From a virus (taxonomy: Duplodnaviria; Caudoviricetes): DNA of 32,949 nucleotides. Positions 13,842-23,772 of the stretch are shown here, in pieces. The first letter of the stretch is position 1; every line of letters starts with the position of its first letter. The stretch covers positions 1 through 32,949 of IMG/VR virus record IMGVR_UViG_3300006428_000044. One strand, 5' to 3'. Under the pieces are notes generated by a model that had not been told where the DNA came from, made no database searches, and was given only the letters and a program-made list of their open reading frames with translations. The position numbers and the translations under genes are program-made.

Positions 13842-16601
13842 ATGACGGCAAAAAATGCGGTTGACCTGGACAGGATTGTCGATTATAAAGCGGAATACAG
13901 CGCCGTCATTGAGAAGCACAAGATCACCGGCGATAATCTCACCGGGTTATGCCCTTTTCACGAAGACAGAAACAACAGCTTCTCCGTTGACCTGAAGACC
14001 GGGCAATGGCACTGCTTTTCGGAGGACCGGGGCGGGAACTTCGTATCCTTCTGGGCGGAATATTACAAGGTGGACACAAAAGACGCCTACAAGGCCATTC
14101 TTGACAAATACGGCCTGAATCAGGAGAGCCCCAAGGCGGCACGGCCTCAAAAGGCCAGTGAAGCAGATCCGGCCATGGTCTCTTATACCGTCGGTCAGTA
14201 TTCCTTTGAAAAGCGGCTGCCTGAAGACTTCCTGCAGGATACTTGCCATGTCAGCACAGGCAAGGAGCGGAACGGCACTACATTCCTCCGTATTCCGTAT
14301 CTCGACATAAATGGCGAGGAATCCACCTTCAGGAAAAGGTTTGGAAACAAGGATTTCAGGTGGAAGTACGGCTCCAGCGGTAAAATCTGCCTCTATGGAG
14401 AATGGCACATCCCGGAAATTCGCAAAGTGGGTTATGTCGTCATGGTCGAGGGAGAGTCAGATACGCAGAGCCTCTGGTATATGGGTATCCCCGCCGTTGG
14501 CGTGGCCGGAGCGTCCATGTTCAAGCCGCAGCAGGCCGACGTACTGCAGAATTTGAAGCTTTATATTCACAAAGAACCGGACAAGGGCGGGGATACCTTT
14601 GTTGCAAAAGTCTGCAGCGGCTTAAAAGAGGGCGGATTCATCGGGGAAGCGTATCTCTGGAGCTGCGAGCGGCTCGGGGTGAAGGACCCGTCCGATCTCT
14701 ACATAAAGCACGGGCAGGAAGAAGCGGCGAAGTTAATCCGGGAGGCGCTCGACGGTGCCGAGAAGATCGATCTCGATAAGGAGCAGGTACCCGAGGCGAT
14801 CACCGGCGCGCCAATTAATCTCAGACAACCAGAACACTGGCTCTACTCGGAAAAGGGAATCAGCATAATCGACGAAAAGAAGTTCACTCCGACCAGCGTC
14901 TGCAGAACGCCGATCATTCTGACGCAGCGCCTGAAGAGCATGGAAACCGGTGATGAGAAGATGGAGATTGCCTTCAAACGAGATGACAAATGGAACACCG
15001 CCATCTACCCACGTTCCACGATCTTTTCAAGCCGGGCAATCACAGCGCTTGCGGACTTGGGTTGTACCATCACCAGCGAGAACGCCAAACAGGTGGTGCG
15101 GTTCCTGGGCGCTTTGGAAGCGGAGAACATTGACATCATTCCAAAGGCCGATGCAACCGGCACGTTTGGATGGCAACCAGGCGGACGATTCCTCCCCGGC
15201 CGCGCGGAGGGGATCACGCTGGACATTGACCCTTCACAGCGCGGTATGGCGGCGGCTTATTGTCAAAATGGCACCTTCGAGAAGTGGATTGAGCACATGG
15301 CGCCTCACAGAGCAAGGGACAAGTTCAGGTTTATCCTTGCGGCCAGCTTCGCGGCTCCGCTTCTGCGAATCGTAAAGCAGAGGATCTTCTTCGTATATAA
15401 CTGGGGCGGATCAAAGGGAGGCAAGACCGCTGCCCTTAAAGCGGCGCTCTCTGCGTGGGGCGACCCGGAACGGCTGATGGTGAATTTCAACGCCACACAG
15501 GTCGGCCTCGAACGCACGGCGGCTTTTTATTGCGACCTCCCCCTCGGCATCGATGAGCGGCAGCTCGCGGGGAACAATCAGGGAACGCTGGAGAAGGTCG
15601 TCTATATGATCGCGTCCGGCACAGGCAAAATCAGAGGCGCAAAGGGCGGCGGTCTTCAGACTACGCACCAATGGCGCACCATAGCTTTGGCAACCGGCGA
15701 AGAGCCGCTCAGTACGGACACAACGCAAACGGGTGTCAGTACCCGTGTGCTGGAAATATACGGCGGCCCATTCGAGAATGAGCAGGACGCCGGGCTGATG
15801 CATCAGCAGTCTGTCATGGACTGCGGCTGGGCCGGTCCCGCCTTTGTGGAACGCATCATCGGGCTTCATGAGCGGCAAATTTGTGAAGCATATGAGAAGA
15901 TGCAGAGTTATGTCCGGGCAATCAGCGAGGGGAAAAACGGGTCGCACATCTCCGGGATCTCGACGGTTGCACTGGCCGATGCCCTTATTGACAGCTGGTT
16001 CTTCGGAGGCTCAAAGGAAGAGACGCTCATTCAAAATCCAGAAGCGAATTCGGAAATTCTGGAGCCGCTGGGAATTACCATGGAATCGTGGGCCAGAGCA
16101 AAGCGCATGGCGGCGAATATCCTCATTGACCAGGTGGAAAGCAACTCCATGGACGTCAACGAGAACGCGACGCAATTCATAGTGGACTGGATACTGTCAA
16201 ACAAGGCTTACTTCGGCACCAACGCCATAGGCACCTGCCTCGGCATGCTCTCTGAATCAGGGAACACGGTATACATATTTCCCTCAATGCTGAACCAGGC
16301 GCTGACGAAGGCCGGGTACTCGCCGCGCAAAACCATGAAGTACTTGGCGGAACAAGGGCTAATCTCATCCACGACAGATAATTCCGGCAAGAAGACTTAC
16401 TCTGTAATCCGCCGCTTTGGGACAAGGACCAGTCGGTTCGTTGAATTCTTCCTCGGGAATCTCTCCGAGAACAAAGATCCTATCGACGATATGGACGATA
16501 TGGATGAATCCGAAGTCCCTGCAGGCTGGCAGCAGGACAAGCAGACCTCGATCTCAGAGTTTACCGAGCTTGATAGCAATGATGAAGAGCTTCCATTTTA
16601 A
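13842..16601 (+). CDS. CHC2 zinc finger-TOPRIM-DUF927 primase/helicase
   Basis: CPFHED..SF, VEGESD, EPDKGG, KDPSD, GGSKGGKT P-loop, IDERQ, ATGE. Confidence 0.88.
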   Translation: MTAKNAVDLDRIVDYKAEYSAVIEKHKITGDNLTGLCPFHEDRNNSFSVDLKTGQWHCFSEDRGGNFVSFWAEYYKVDTKDAYKAILDKYGLNQESPKAARPQKASEADPAMVSYTVGQYSFEKRLPEDFLQDTCHVSTGKERNGTTFLRIPYLDINGEESTFRKRFGNKDFRWKYGSSGKICLYGEWHIPEIRKVGYVVMVEGESDTQSLWYMGIPAVGVAGASMFKPQQADVLQNLKLYIHKEPDKGGDTFVAKVCSGLKEGGFIGEAYLWSCERLGVKDPSDLYIKHGQEEAAKLIREALDGAEKIDLDKEQVPEAITGAPINLRQPEHWLYSEKGISIIDEKKFTPTSVCRTPIILTQRLKSMETGDEKMEIAFKRDDKWNTAIYPRSTIFSSRAITALADLGCTITSENAKQVVRFLGALEAENIDIIPKADATGTFGWQPGGRFLPGRAEGITLDIDPSQRGMAAAYCQNGTFEKWIEHMAPHRARDKFRFILAASFAAPLLRIVKQRIFFVYNWGGSKGGKTAALKAALSAWGDPERLMVNFNATQVGLERTAAFYCDLPLGIDERQLAGNNQGTLEKVVYMIASGTGKIRGAKGGGLQTTHQWRTIALATGEEPLSTDTTQTGVSTRVLEIYGGPFENEQDAGLMHQQSVMDCGWAGPAFVERIIGLHERQICEAYEKMQSYVRAISEGKNGSHISGISTVALADALIDSWFFGGSKEETLIQNPEANSEILEPLGITMESWARAKRMAANILIDQVESNSMDVNENATQFIVDWILSNKAYFGTNAIGTCLGMLSESGNTVYIFPSMLNQALTKAGYSPRKTMKYLAEQGLISSTTDNSGKKTYSVIRRFGTRTSRFVEFFLGNLSENKDPIDDMDDMDESEVPAGWQQDKQTSISEFTELDSNDEELPF

Positions 16602-16610
16602 CCTCGAAAA

Positions 16611-16902
16611 AATGTTACACCTAAAATTAGGTGTAACATTAGGTGTAACATTTCACACGATGTGGAAACCGCTGATAAATCAAGGCTTTTAAGTACCTGT
16701 TACACCTGTTACACCTGTTACACCTATTTTTATTGCATTCTGCAAATGCTGCACGATTCACGATTTTTTGTAAGTTGTGTAAAATTCCTAAAAAGAAGGT
16801 GTGTTTCAAGAATTAGGTGTAACAGGATACGTGGAGCCGTAAAACTCCCGCTGTTTCAAATGGTTGCGCTGTTACACCTATTTTTGAGGATTAGGTGTAA
16901 CA
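16611..16902. repeat. Iteron array, probable replication origin: nine TGTTACACC copies, direct and inverted
   Basis: Plus copies at 16613, 16698, 16707, 16716, 16870; inverted at 16630, 16642, 16816, 16894; AT-rich spacer. Confidence 0.88.
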
Positions 16903-16929
16903 AGCCCTAAAAGCGGCCATGCAAAGGAG

Positions 16930-17538
16930 ATGAAAACCGTGGACGAAATCGCAGAGAAGATCGCGACCTTCGAAAAGGCGCTGGAAAGGCTCAAGGCGAA
17001 CCGGGAAAAGGTCCCTATCGAGGATCTTCAGACTAAATACGCCAAATCGTACAATCAGCTGGTAGCGGAGGTCGAGAGCCTCGGGAAGTGGTACTGCGCC
17101 GAGTATTTCAACACTTTGAAATTTCCCACGCATCCGGGTGACAAGGCCGGGAATGAGTGGCTGGAAAAGAAGATCGCCGCCATCAAGCAGGATGAGCGTA
17201 AGGAGGGCGGGCTTTATGACCAGATGCGGTCCTCGCTTACCGATCGGCAGAATATGGATCAGTTCCAGGACTTGCTTGGCAAACTGTATGAGCGCCTCTA
17301 CAATGAAGCCTTTGACCCATACTGGCAGCGCCATAACAGATGGACCGGCGATCCGGGTAACCGCTGGATTTACAACGACATTCTAAAAGCCTTCTGGCTT
17401 CCCGGAAAGGAGAACCCAGAGTACGGCCATTGGATCGATAACAAATACAATCCCATCAGTTACGCATTCACGCCCCACATCGGGGACGACCCGAAGAAAG
17501 AAGCGGCCACTGAAAGCCAAACCGCAGAAACAGTATGA
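16930..17538 (+). CDS. Hypothetical protein
   Basis: 202-aa ORF, AAAGGAG RBS, N-terminal coiled coil, Trp-rich C-terminus. Confidence 0.75.
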   Translation: MKTVDEIAEKIATFEKALERLKANREKVPIEDLQTKYAKSYNQLVAEVESLGKWYCAEYFNTLKFPTHPGDKAGNEWLEKKIAAIKQDERKEGGLYDQMRSSLTDRQNMDQFQDLLGKLYERLYNEAFDPYWQRHNRWTGDPGNRWIYNDILKAFWLPGKENPEYGHWIDNKYNPISYAFTPHIGDDPKKEAATESQTAETV

Positions 17539-17553
17539 AAGGGGAACAGAAAA

Positions 17554-18279
17554 ATGGATACCAAAACACTGATTGCACGATTCGAGGCGGAGCTTGAGAA
17601 GGTTCAGCGCCCCGGTATTGATAAGCTCATGGCCTATATCCGTAAAAGCGATTTTTACGAGGCTCCGGCCAGCACCAAGTACCACCTCTCCTGCGAGGGC
17701 GGACTTCTCCAGCACAGCCTCAATGTTCTGGATGCGCTGCGGGGTAGCATGACCCCCACGCAAGACGGCCAGTGGGAATACCGGGCGGCCGGAAAGGTGA
17801 TCGACACGATCCCGGATGATAGCGTAATCGTCATGGCTTTGCTTCACGATATTTGCAAGACCTACTTCTACACGGTAAGCCTCCGCAACGCGAAGAACGA
17901 ACAAACCGGCAAGTGGGAGAAGGTCCCGTACTTCTCGGTCAAGGACAGGATGCCGCTCGGCCACGGCGACAAGAGCGTCATGATCATCAAGCAATACATA
18001 GAGCTGAGCAACCGGGAGATGTACGCCATCTGGTGGCACATGGGATATACCGACACGCAGGATACCTTGGCTCTCGGAAACGCTATTGAATTGTACCCGG
18101 CAGTCTGGGCGCTTCACAATGCCGATATGATGGCAAGCCGTATGATGGAGGCTGATGCCGGCAATAAAGAGCCGTTCACCCAGGCCGACCAGGAGATGGA
18201 GCAGGCGCCGGTTACGGATGAGCCCCCTTCAGACAATGCGGAGCCGGTCTTTGAGGAAGCACCGTCCTATGGCTCCTAA
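17554..18279 (+). CDS. HD-domain phosphohydrolase
   Basis: APASTKYH..EGGLLQHS, LLHDICK, GHG, WHMG, ADM. Confidence 0.88.
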   Translation: MDTKTLIARFEAELEKVQRPGIDKLMAYIRKSDFYEAPASTKYHLSCEGGLLQHSLNVLDALRGSMTPTQDGQWEYRAAGKVIDTIPDDSVIVMALLHDICKTYFYTVSLRNAKNEQTGKWEKVPYFSVKDRMPLGHGDKSVMIIKQYIELSNREMYAIWWHMGYTDTQDTLALGNAIELYPAVWALHNADMMASRMMEADAGNKEPFTQADQEMEQAPVTDEPPSDNAEPVFEEAPSYGS

Positions 18280-18694
18280 CGCTATCGCTATCCGGAAGCA
18301 GAGCCGCCGCCTTTCCCGATCGGAGATGATGGACTGGATCAAAGAGAAATCCGGAAAACCGATCAGCGCCGCAGACTTTGACAAGCTTATGCGGGAAGCG
18401 CTTCCCAAGGAGAGCTACTACCAAACCGCCATCATGAAGTGGATACAGGAAGCCTACCCTTCGGCCTTCGTTTGGAAAGCAGCTGCCGGGCCATACAGCA
18501 GGCAGGGCATCCCGGATGTTTGCGCCATCATTGACGGCAGGTTTTACGGCTTCGAGATCAAACGTCCATTCATTGGGGAGCTATCCAAAATACAGGAAGA
18601 AACGATAAAAGCAATTCGGGCAGCTGGTGGAGTTGCTGCCGTGGTTTCCTTCCCGGAACAGGCAAATAAAGTAATCGACAATGGAAACCCTTAA
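18269..18694 (+). CDS. VRR-NUC domain nuclease
   Basis: ESYYQ, GIPD, FEIKRP..G.LS.IQ, AAGG; start uncertain. Confidence 0.85.
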   Translation: MAPNAIAIRKQSRRLSRSEMMDWIKEKSGKPISAADFDKLMREALPKESYYQTAIMKWIQEAYPSAFVWKAAAGPYSRQGIPDVCAIIDGRFYGFEIKRPFIGELSKIQEETIKAIRAAGGVAAVVSFPEQANKVIDNGNP

Positions 18695-18706
18695 GGAGGT
18701 GCGAAT

Positions 18707-19006
18707 ATGAAAGACTTAAGCGAACTTGATAAATGCAGGTCGGACGAAAAAGATGAAATCGGCATGTACGGAAGCAACAAAAACGGAGGCTTCGGCATTG
18801 AGGTTAATGGTCATCGGTTTTTCGTAATATCCGCTGTGGGCGATGATGGGTGGGAAGCCGTCAGCATCAGACCACTTGACTTAGATCACTACCCGACCAA
18901 GGAAGATATTGCCGCCATAAAGGACATGTTTTTCGAGGCGAGCGAGGCTATAAGCACAATCAGCGTAGAGCTGTTTCGGCTGCCAGAGGCGTGGGGACGG
19001 CCATGA
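18707..19006 (+). CDS. Hypothetical phage protein
   Basis: TAAGGAGGT RBS; GWEAVS...PT.E.I..IKDMFF. Confidence 0.65.
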   Translation: MKDLSELDKCRSDEKDEIGMYGSNKNGGFGIEVNGHRFFVISAVGDDGWEAVSIRPLDLDHYPTKEDIAAIKDMFFEASEAISTISVELFRLPEAWGRP

Positions 19007-19061
19007 AAGAAAACCCTCGACTTAAACGCAGAAAGTAATTGGTTAGGGAGGATCAAAGCTG

Positions 19062-19610
19062 ATGGCAAAAGATAAATCGCAAGATTACATAATTCGTATG
19101 GCTGCAGAGGCCGGGACAAAGGCCGCTCTTGAGGCTTATGCGAAAGAAAAGGAAAAGGAAAAAAAGCGGCGCTCTGACAGGCGGCTGCGCGACACTAAGC
19201 GGCTGATGAAGAACTACCGAGAAATCAAGATTCACGCCGGCGACGCGGTCACCTCGCTCACAGAGGTGGAAGCCGAGGATTACGATTTTTTCCAAAGGCT
19301 TATGGAAGACAAGCACGATGTTGATGTTGATGCTATCGTTTCATCAAAAGCCAAATCTGCCATTATGCTCGCTCACATTGATGCAATGTTGTCGGCATAT
19401 CAGACGATTTGCATGTCGTCCAAAAAGCCAGAGGAACAGCGAAGGTATCGTGTTCTTGAATCATTATGTCTGAAGGATAAAGAGGAGCAAGTATGGGATA
19501 TTGCTGATCGTGAAAGCGTTGATGCGCGCACCATATACAGAGACTTTGATGCTGCCTGTGAAAAGATGAGCGCCTTGCTTTTCGGAATACAATGGATTGA
19601 GCGAGACTAA
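19062..19610 (+). CDS. Putative late transcriptional regulator with C-terminal HTH
   Basis: DIADRESVDARTIYRD HTH; last early gene before the late module. Confidence 0.7.
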   Translation: MAKDKSQDYIIRMAAEAGTKAALEAYAKEKEKEKKRRSDRRLRDTKRLMKNYREIKIHAGDAVTSLTEVEAEDYDFFQRLMEDKHDVDVDAIVSSKAKSAIMLAHIDAMLSAYQTICMSSKKPEEQRRYRVLESLCLKDKEEQVWDIADRESVDARTIYRDFDAACEKMSALLFGIQWIERD

Positions 19611-19681
19611 TGTCACAAACGTGTCTATGAATCGACGCGAAAACGGCTACAATCGATATTGTAAAATTTTAATCATACGCC

Positions 19682-19716
19682 AGCCGTCCTCTGCTCTGCG
19701 GGGGACGGTTATTTCT
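19682..19716 (+). terminator. Terminator-like hairpin at the start of the late leader
   Basis: AGCCGTCCTCTGC-TCT-GCGGGGGACGGTT then ATTTCT; weak U tract. Confidence 0.5.
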
Positions 19717-19737
19717 ATGGATTGGAGGTTGTTTAAC

Positions 19738-19765
19738 GGTCTCGCGTTGCTCCTTTCGCGGGATT
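19738..19765 (+). promoter_or_regulatory. Hairpin with anti-SD loop TTGCTCCTTT
   Basis: GGTCTCGCG/CGCGGGATT stem; 14-mer shared with 24083-24096. Confidence 0.5.
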
Positions 19766-19831
19766 CCCGGCTCGGGTTGTTCGTTCGCCACCGGACAGCA
19801 GCGGGTACGAAGTCTATGAGGAGCGCGTTCC

Positions 19832-21070
19832 ATGGAAATAATGAAAATGAAGCTCTCGGAGCTTCGGCCGGCGCAGTATAATCCGCGCAAGGCGCTGCGC
19901 CCTGGCGATCCTGCGTATGAAAAATTGAAGAATTCCATCCTCACCTTCGGAAATGTTGAACCCATTGTATGGAACCGCACCACAGGGAATGTCGTGGGCG
20001 GTCACCAGCGGCTCAGCGTGCTGCTTGATCTCGGAGTCGAGGAAAGCGAGGTCAGCGTGGTCGATCTGACCGAGGTCGAGGAAAAGCAGCTCAATATCGC
20101 ACTGAACAAGATCACTGGTGAATGGGACGAGGAGAAGCTCGTCATTCTATTGTCGGACATCACCGGCGAGGGCGCGGACGCAACTGTTACCGGATTCGAT
20201 GAAAAGGAGCTGGAGCTTCTGTTCGCCGAGCTGGCTGACGCAGATCCTGCCGAGGACAACTTTGACGTTGAAGCTGAGCTGCAGAAACCGCCGATCACAA
20301 AGAGCGGAGATCTCTGGCTGCTTGGCCAACACCGGCTCGTGTGCGGCGACAGCACGAAGAAAGAAACCTTTGATCTGCTGATGGATGGTAAACTGGCAAA
20401 CCTCGTGGTCACCGACCCTCCGTACAACGTGGACTATGAGGGCGTGGCCGGCAAGTTCAAGAATGATCATATGGCAAGCGAAGCGTTCTACACCTTCCTG
20501 CTCGCGGCGTTCCAGAACACCGAAGCGGCGATGGCGCAGGACGCTTCTATCTATGTATTCCATGCCGATACGGAAGGGCTGAACTTCCGGAGAGCGTTTG
20601 CCGATGCAGGGTTTTACCTGTCCGGCACATGCATCTGGAAGAAGCAGAGCATTGTTATGGGGCGAAGCCCGTATCAGTGGCAGCATGAGCCGGTGCTATT
20701 CGGATGGAAGAGGAAGGGCAAGCACCAATGGTATTCAGACCGCAAGCAATCAACGATATGGGAGTTCGATAGACCAACCAGGAATCCGGATCACCCAACG
20801 ATGAAGCCTGTGGATCTAATCGAACACCCGATTATCAATTCAAGCCTGACAAACTGCATTGTCCTTGACCCCTTCGGAGGCAGTGGTACAACACTGATCG
20901 CGTGCGAGCGTAAGAATAGAATCTGTTACACCATTGAACTCGAAGAGAAGTTTTGTGATGTGATCGTTAAGCGCTTCATAGAGCATGCCGGATCAGATCA
21001 GGAGGTCCGTGTGCTGCGCGATGGCAAGGAGTATGCCTACCGCGAGGTGCAGGGGGCCAAGGTACTGTGA
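19832..21070 (+). CDS. ParB-like domain + N6/N4 DNA methyltransferase
   Basis: YNPRK, VGGHQR; DPPY; HPTMKP; DPFGGSGTT. Confidence 0.92.
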   Translation: MEIMKMKLSELRPAQYNPRKALRPGDPAYEKLKNSILTFGNVEPIVWNRTTGNVVGGHQRLSVLLDLGVEESEVSVVDLTEVEEKQLNIALNKITGEWDEEKLVILLSDITGEGADATVTGFDEKELELLFAELADADPAEDNFDVEAELQKPPITKSGDLWLLGQHRLVCGDSTKKETFDLLMDGKLANLVVTDPPYNVDYEGVAGKFKNDHMASEAFYTFLLAAFQNTEAAMAQDASIYVFHADTEGLNFRRAFADAGFYLSGTCIWKKQSIVMGRSPYQWQHEPVLFGWKRKGKHQWYSDRKQSTIWEFDRPTRNPDHPTMKPVDLIEHPIINSSLTNCIVLDPFGGSGTTLIACERKNRICYTIELEEKFCDVIVKRFIEHAGSDQEVRVLRDGKEYAYREVQGAKVL

Positions 21071-21141
21071 CGGGGGGTACCCAAGGCGTGCGGGCTCGTC
21101 GACCCCGATTCTCGCGTAGTCTCCGGAAAATTTTTTTCCGG
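21060..21141 (+). other. Putative cos packaging region
   Basis: AGGTACT (cosQ-like) 21060-21066; CGGGCTCGTCGACCCCG 21091-21107 resembles lambda cosN; inverted repeat CCGGAAAA..TTTTCCGG; upstream of the small terminase. Confidence 0.55.
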
Positions 21142-21257
21142 GACTTTCCTTGTTGGGGCATAAAATGACCCCGAAAATTGGTGTGAAGTGAAGCGGAACG
21201 GCCGGGGAAATTGATTGACATTTGCCTGATGTCTACGCAGAAAGGGAGTGAATTTCT

Positions 21258-21851
21258 ATGGCTACGCCGAAAAAAGAACCGGTCCAGGAAGAACCGGGAT
21301 ATTGTAAAACGTTGGTATTAGCAAACCTTTTTGACATAACAAGTCAATGGGTAGGCCAGCTTACCCGCGACGGCGTGCTGCGTAAGCACCAGACGAAAGC
21401 CGGGCCGCGCTATAACGTGGTCGAAGCCACGAGAGCTTATTGCAATTACCTTCGGAGCAAGGCGGCCGGGCGTGAAGATAAGGGTAACCCGGAAGCGGAG
21501 AACAGCAAGCTCAGCGCCGAGGTCAGACTAAAACAGGCCAAGGCGGACATTGCCGAGCTGGAGGTCAAGGAGCTGCAGGGCAAGATGCACCGCAGCGAGG
21601 ACGTCGCGTCCATGACTGAAGATCTGATCTATTCCGTCCGCGGAATGCTGATCGCGCTTCCCGGTCGCCTGGCCGTCGACGTATCCAACATTTCCAGTCC
21701 TGCAGAAGCAGCCGACGTCATCCGCAAAGAGGTTTTCAAGATTATGGCGGAGATGGCCAATTACCGCTATGATCCTAAAAAGTACGAGGAGCGCGTCCGA
21801 GAGCGGCAGAACTGGGATGTGATGAACGGGCGTGACGAGGATGACGAGTAA
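21258..21851 (+). CDS. Terminase small subunit (Nu1-like)
   Basis: N-terminal wHTH LANLFDITSQWVGQLTRDG, coiled coil, LIALPGRLA; position. Confidence 0.82.
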   Translation: MATPKKEPVQEEPGYCKTLVLANLFDITSQWVGQLTRDGVLRKHQTKAGPRYNVVEATRAYCNYLRSKAAGREDKGNPEAENSKLSAEVRLKQAKADIAELEVKELQGKMHRSEDVASMTEDLIYSVRGMLIALPGRLAVDVSNISSPAEAADVIRKEVFKIMAEMANYRYDPKKYEERVRERQNWDVMNGRDEDDE

Positions 21852-23760
21852 CAACGACGCCCTCCGGTTGAACATTGCAATTGCAAAAGCTCTGGCTGGC
21901 ATGAAACCGCCCGAAGATTTGACCGTTACCAAATGGGCGGAGGATAACCGCCGTCTGTCCACCGAGAGCAGCGCCGAAACCGGGCCGTGGAGAGTAGACC
22001 GAACGCCGTACCTGCGCGATCCGCTGGATGCGTTCACCGACCCGAGGGTACGGCGCATCATCCTTGTTTCCTCTTCTCAGATCGGCAAGTCTGAATTTGA
22101 GAACAACATCATCGGCTACATCATCGACGAGGACCCGAGCAGCATTCTTTTTGTGCATCCGACAACCATCGACGCCAAGGAATATTCAAAGCTCCGTATC
22201 GCGCCGATGATTCGGGATTGCCCTACGCTCCGCAGAAAAGTAGCCAGTCCCAAAAGCAGGGACAGCAACAACACCATTCTTCAGAAAACGTATCCCGGCG
22301 GCATTCTTACGATGTGCGGTTCCACCGAGGCCCACTCCCTGGCATCCAAGCCGATCCGTTATGTAATCGGCGATGAACGGGACCGCTGGTCCGTGTCGGC
22401 CGGCAAGGAGGGCGACCCGTGGAAGCTTGCCATGGCCCGGCAGATTACGTTTTACAACGCAAAAGCCGTGGAGGTTTCCACCCCCACCATCAAGGGCGCC
22501 AGCGCCATAGAAGATTCATTTGCTGAAGGCACGATGGAACGCTGGTGTGTCCAGTGCCCGCATTGCGGCGGCTACCATGATATTCGCTTCGCTGATATCC
22601 GATATGAAAAAGAAGAAAAGATCGTCAATCACAAGAAGCAATACAAGGTAACCGAGATCTGGTATGTCTGCCCGGAATGTGCCTGCGTATCCGAAGAACG
22701 GACAATGAAAAAACAACCCGCCAAATGGATCGCGGAAAATCCGGACGCCTACGAACGGGGCGTCCGTTCTTTTTGGCTCAACTCCTTTATCAGCCCCTGG
22801 GCATCCTGGGAATCGACCATTCTGGAGTATCTTTACGCCATCGGCAGCTCGGCAAAGATGCAGGTTGTTTACAATACGCGCTTTGGTGAACTGTGGGAGG
22901 ACCGCGGCGATCTGGAAGACGAGGACAGCCTGATGGCTCGCCGGGAGGAATACTCCGCCGAGCTTCCGGATGGTGTCCTGGTTCTCACCGCCGGCGTGGA
23001 TACGCAGGACGACCGGCTTGAATATGAGATTGTCGGACACGGACATTTTGGTGAGACCTGGGGCGTTAAGAAAGGGATCATCATGGGTCGCCCGGATAGC
23101 AGTGAAGTATGGGAAACGTTAGACGACGTTGTCAACCACGAATACAGCTATGCAGATGGGATCACGCTCCGCCCGTCAATTACCTTTGTGGATGAAGGCG
23201 GACACTTCACGCAGGATGTGCGTATGCGCTGCCGGGAGCGGTTCAGCAGAAAGGTCTTCTGCATCAAGGGCAGCAACGGCGGAGACGGCGTGCCTTATAC
23301 GGCCCCACCGAAGAAGCAAAAAATAGTTGTGAACGGGAAAGCCATAGGCACTTGTTGGCAATACGCCATAGGTGTCGATGCTGGCAAGCAGCTCATCATG
23401 GACAATCTGCGGGTACAGGCTCCTGGATCAAAATACTGCCATTTCCCAAAGCGGGACGATTATGGCGGCACATATTTTTCCGGTTTACTCTCTGAACGGC
23501 TGGTATATAAGACAGATCGAAAGAACCCATGGCAATGGGCGAAAATACCCGGTCACGAGCGGAACGAGCCTCTTGACTGCCGCAACTATGCGATGGCGGC
23601 GTTCAAGGCACTCTCTCCAGATCTCGACGCAGCAGACAGGCGACTGCAGATGGCCCGTGGTGAACAGACAAAGACGGCCGTTGCAACGGTTCCTGCGGTA
23701 AAACAAAAACGCGCCCAGAAGCAAAACTCCCGGGCAAGCCGGTATTATGACGATTGGTAA
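21841..23760 (+). CDS. Terminase large subunit, lambda GpA family
   Basis: GPWR..RTPY, SSQIGKSE, GDERD, STPT, CPHC..CPEC, AGVDTQ, RNEPLDC; start could be 21832. Confidence 0.95.
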   Translation: MTSNNDALRLNIAIAKALAGMKPPEDLTVTKWAEDNRRLSTESSAETGPWRVDRTPYLRDPLDAFTDPRVRRIILVSSSQIGKSEFENNIIGYIIDEDPSSILFVHPTTIDAKEYSKLRIAPMIRDCPTLRRKVASPKSRDSNNTILQKTYPGGILTMCGSTEAHSLASKPIRYVIGDERDRWSVSAGKEGDPWKLAMARQITFYNAKAVEVSTPTIKGASAIEDSFAEGTMERWCVQCPHCGGYHDIRFADIRYEKEEKIVNHKKQYKVTEIWYVCPECACVSEERTMKKQPAKWIAENPDAYERGVRSFWLNSFISPWASWESTILEYLYAIGSSAKMQVVYNTRFGELWEDRGDLEDEDSLMARREEYSAELPDGVLVLTAGVDTQDDRLEYEIVGHGHFGETWGVKKGIIMGRPDSSEVWETLDDVVNHEYSYADGITLRPSITFVDEGGHFTQDVRMRCRERFSRKVFCIKGSNGGDGVPYTAPPKKQKIVVNGKAIGTCWQYAIGVDAGKQLIMDNLRVQAPGSKYCHFPKRDDYGGTYFSGLLSERLVYKTDRKNPWQWAKIPGHERNEPLDCRNYAMAAFKALSPDLDAADRRLQMARGEQTKTAVATVPAVKQKRAQKQNSRASRYYDDW

Positions 23761-23772
23761 GGAGGAAATCAT

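Noticed and set aside
16611-16902. CRISPR-like repeat array
   Set aside because: Repeats are 9-14 bp, mixed in orientation and irregularly spaced, with no cas genes; they fit iterons
19003-19038. 11-codon ORF coupled to 18707..19006
   Set aside because: Too short to support; possibly a remnant
19680-19810. Possible tRNA in the late leader
   Set aside because: No cloverleaf, T-loop consensus or acceptor stem
19832-21070. Restriction-modification or defence system
   Set aside because: Orphan ParB-methyltransferases next to terminase genes are common in phages; no cognate endonuclease is seen, and the VRR-NUC is a usual phage resolvase-like gene
21071-21081. GGGGGTACC shared between the cos region and the 13766 hairpin
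   Set aside because: Short, low-complexity match; plausibly chance
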